The translations under genes were made by a program, and so were the position numbers. From an uncultured Christensenellaceae bacterium (GTDB lineage Bacteria; Bacillota; Clostridia; Christensenellales; CAG-314), in contig CAJUIV010000001.1 in assembly GCA_910586905.1 (NCBI GenBank), forward strand, positions 271,400-335,399: 64,000 bases of DNA, in the 5' to 3' direction. Below the pieces are notes generated by a model. The model saw only the letters and a list, made by a program, of their open reading frames with translations. It was not told the origin of the DNA and did no database searches. Below are positions 61,791 through 64,000 of this stretch, piece after piece (position 1 is the first letter of the stretch; each line of letters opens with the position of its first letter).

Positions 61791-64000
61791 ATGAAAATAA
61801 GCAAAGTAGTTGCTACCAACGTTGAAACCAACGAGAAACAAGTATACACGTTCGGCACGGCTACCGAGGGCAAAAGGCTCGTAACTACCCGCGGAGGCAA
61901 ACTTAACAATTATTTGGAGTTTTGTTTCCGTGAGGACGTCGATTGCGTAAAAGACGTAGAAGTCGAGTTTTTGGTTAACGACGAAGAATTTTCTTTGGGA
62001 CGTTTGCATAACGAAGACGGCACTAACCGCAGCGTTCTTAAAAAGAAAGAGGACGGACATTGGCAAGTAGTAGCGCGGACAAGAGCTATCGAATACGTAG
62101 AGGAACTTATCGACGAGCAGCTTGCCGACATGCTTAAAATCGATTACGTTAACAACAAATCAATCGAGGAATTTCACGGAGATTTAAAAATTTTCGACCA
62201 AATCAGACTTCTTGCCGACGTTCAGGACAGCGTAGTGAAATCGTCCGAACAAGCGCGCGAATTAAAACAAAACGCGCTGCGTAAAGTGCGCGAATACGCA
62301 AGCAACTACAAAAAAACCTCTCCCGAACAGTTAGACGCGATAAACGGCGAGTTAAACGCGCTATTCGGCGAAATAACCGCGGCTACTACCGAACTCAGCG
62401 ATTTGAAAGCCCGTAAAACTTCCGAGAGTTTGCGCGGAGACATAGCCCGCGAACTGGAAACCACTCAAAAGAAATACACGCTTTTGACTTCTCGTCAGGC
62501 GGAAATAGACGACGCCCGTCAAAAAGTAAAACTGCACGACGAAATAGAAAACCTTATCCCTAAGGTTAAAACGTTAAAAGCAGTCGAAGAACAGCGCGCA
62601 GAATACGAAAAAAAGCGTTACGCGATTACCACGGAACTCGAGTGGCAGGAAAACGAACTTGTCAGTATAAATCAGCAGCTCGAGGAAAAACAGCGTCAGT
62701 ACGCCTTATCTCAGGATAAGCGCAACCGCGTCGAATCTATCAATAACGAAATGTCGTACGTTTCGTCGCTGTACGAAAAAAACAAACAGCTTAACGAATC
62801 TCTTTTGGAACTCAACGAAAAACAACAGCGGTTATCCGCCGAAAAAGTTATGTACGCCAATAAAATGGACGAACTCGAAAAGTCCATTACGGAAGTCAAA
62901 GAAAATCTCGACGCTTTCGACGTTCCCGCAAAATCCGTCGGCGAATTGCTTGAAACCGTACGCGTTGACGTAAAGATAGACGAAGTTGAAGCGCAAATCG
63001 ATAAACTGCAAAGCGAAATAGCAGTTAAGGAAAGTCAAATCGCCGAAAAAGAAAGCAACCTTGTGGTGCAAATGAAGCGTTTCCGTTCCGTTGCGGAAAT
63101 CGACGTTGCAGTAACTCCTATGAAAGCGAAAGATACGATTTTGCAAGTTTTGGACGCTAAGTATTCTAAACTCGAAACGATAAATCAATCTTTGCAGGAA
63201 AAGTCCCGCAATCTCGACAGAGCTTTAGAAGATTACAAATTCAGAATAATTCAAATAGAACAATCCAAAAGCAAACTGCAGGCAGAGCATACCAAAATGA
63301 TGCTGCGCAAGCAGGAAGAGTTTAAGCGGGAAGTATTTTTAAACAGCCAAAAAGTTTTCAGCGACGACGCTTCGGGAGTGTTCGCCGTAACCGCTAATTT
63401 TCAAGACCAGGAAGTCGAAGCTCTTGAACAGGAAATTTCCGCGCGTACTATGGACAGAGAACTGCTTATCGAGCGCGCCTATCAGCTCGAAGGCTCGATA
63501 AAAGAAATTAAACGGCATATGGAAATAAACAGCGCCGAAATGGAAACGCTGCAGCGGGAAAAATCGAATATTAACAACCGTTACAACGAAATTATATCTC
63601 AAAACAGCAACGAAACTGTCTTTAACTATTTAAAGGCTTTAAACACCGACGGAGGCACGAAATATTTGCTTAACGTGCAGCAAGACGCCGTAAGATGCGA
63701 AGCCGAACTTGCGGAGCTTAAACGTTCCACCGAAGCTTTGCGCGCCAAATTGTCGGCGTTAAAATCGCGTTTAAAGTACTTAAAGGAAACTCAGCAGCAG
63801 CTTGACAGTTCTCAAACTTCCGTCGATTCTCTTGTAAGTACCAACGACAAGGTTAAGGAAGAACTTACCGATATAGGCGAAAGACTTACCGCCGGTTACG
63901 AGCAGTACAAAGCGGTTTCGCGTCAGCTTGAAAGCATCGACTCCAAACTCGACGACGTGCGCGGCGCCATAGTGGAAATAACCAAAACGATAAAAGTAAA
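61791..64000 (+). CDS. very large coiled-coil protein, 3'-truncated by the window edge (SMC/Rad50-like head questionable)
   Basis: AAAGAGG SD before ATG 61791. My hand translation shows the frame open to the last base, over 736 codons. It is absent from the ORF track because no stop is reached. From residue ~140 onward the sequence is heptad-like and rich in Glu/Lys/Gln/Leu. The N-terminus has GTATEGKR (residues 22-29). Confidence 0.8.
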   Translation, partial: MKISKVVATNVETNEKQVYTFGTATEGKRLVTTRGGKLNNYLEFCFREDVDCVKDVEVEFLVNDEEFSLGRLHNEDGTNRSVLKKKEDGHWQVVARTRAIEYVEELIDEQLADMLKIDYVNNKSIEEFHGDLKIFDQIRLLADVQDSVVKSSEQARELKQNALRKVREYASNYKKTSPEQLDAINGELNALFGEITAATTELSDLKARKTSESLRGDIARELETTQKKYTLLTSRQAEIDDARQKVKLHDEIENLIPKVKTLKAVEEQRAEYEKKRYAITTELEWQENELVSINQQLEEKQRQYALSQDKRNRVESINNEMSYVSSLYEKNKQLNESLLELNEKQQRLSAEKVMYANKMDELEKSITEVKENLDAFDVPAKSVGELLETVRVDVKIDEVEAQIDKLQSEIAVKESQIAEKESNLVVQMKRFRSVAEIDVAVTPMKAKDTILQVLDAKYSKLETINQSLQEKSRNLDRALEDYKFRIIQIEQSKSKLQAEHTKMMLRKQEEFKREVFLNSQKVFSDDASGVFAVTANFQDQEVEALEQEISARTMDRELLIERAYQLEGSIKEIKRHMEINSAEMETLQREKSNINNRYNEIISQNSNETVFNYLKALNTDGGTKYLLNVQQDAVRCEAELAELKRSTEALRAKLSALKSRLKYLKETQQQLDSSQTSVDSLVSTNDKVKEELTDIGERLTAGYEQYKAVSRQLESIDSKLDDVRGAIVEITKTIKV

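Noticed and set aside
1-64000. A window-wide look for CRISPR arrays, rRNA genes, transposases/IS elements and tandem repeat arrays.
   Set aside because: I saw no regularly spaced direct repeats, no rRNA-like segments and no DDE or serine-transposase-like ORFs. The only recombinase is the tyrosine integrase at 19342..20565.

Overview
This 64-kb window looks like chromosome from a low-GC Gram-positive anaerobe, probably Clostridia-like. That placement is an inference from a B. subtilis-type DnaB(DnaD-domain)/DnaI loader pair, lipobox lipoproteins, RsgI-like anti-sigma modules, TTGACA-N17-TATAAT promoters and GGAGG ribosome-binding sites.

Housekeeping and metabolic content:
- Five tRNAs: Glu, Met, Ser, Arg, Thr.
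- A starch/maltodextrin locus: lipoprotein pullulanase, a surface lipoprotein with repeat modules, a LacI regulator, an intracellular GH13 neopullulanase-like enzyme and MalEFG-like ABC components.
- An NrdR-controlled anaerobic ribonucleotide reductase with a fused thioredoxin-like tail, next to trxB.
- A ZIP metal transporter.
- A DUF1538 membrane protein with two P-II-like proteins.
- An ECF sigma/anti-sigma module plus a paralogous lipoprotein.
- Two convergent K+ uptake systems (TrkAH and KtrAB).
- A PadR-DUF1700-DUF4097 operon, MgtC, and dnaB/dnaI.
- A 5'-complete, 3'-truncated giant coiled-coil gene at the right edge.

Accessory content:
- A small integrase-bearing island abutting tRNA-Ser. 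It has odd structured non-coding DNA and a poly-G tract.
- A graveyard of two start-less RHS C-terminal toxin cassettes with candidate immunity genes, next to an atypical tRNA-Thr.
- Immediately downstream of tRNA-Arg, a two-gene module that I rate the most interesting. A McrB-type NTPase is fused to a roughly 500-aa, roughly 12-helix membrane domain. It is followed by a McrC/DUF2357-like partner with a candidate PD-(D/E)xK nuclease motif and C-terminal zinc ribbons.

I saw no CRISPR array, rRNA, transposase or IS element. All motif-level coordinates were counted by hand and may be off by a few nucleotides. Family assignments rest on recognised motifs, not on database searches.
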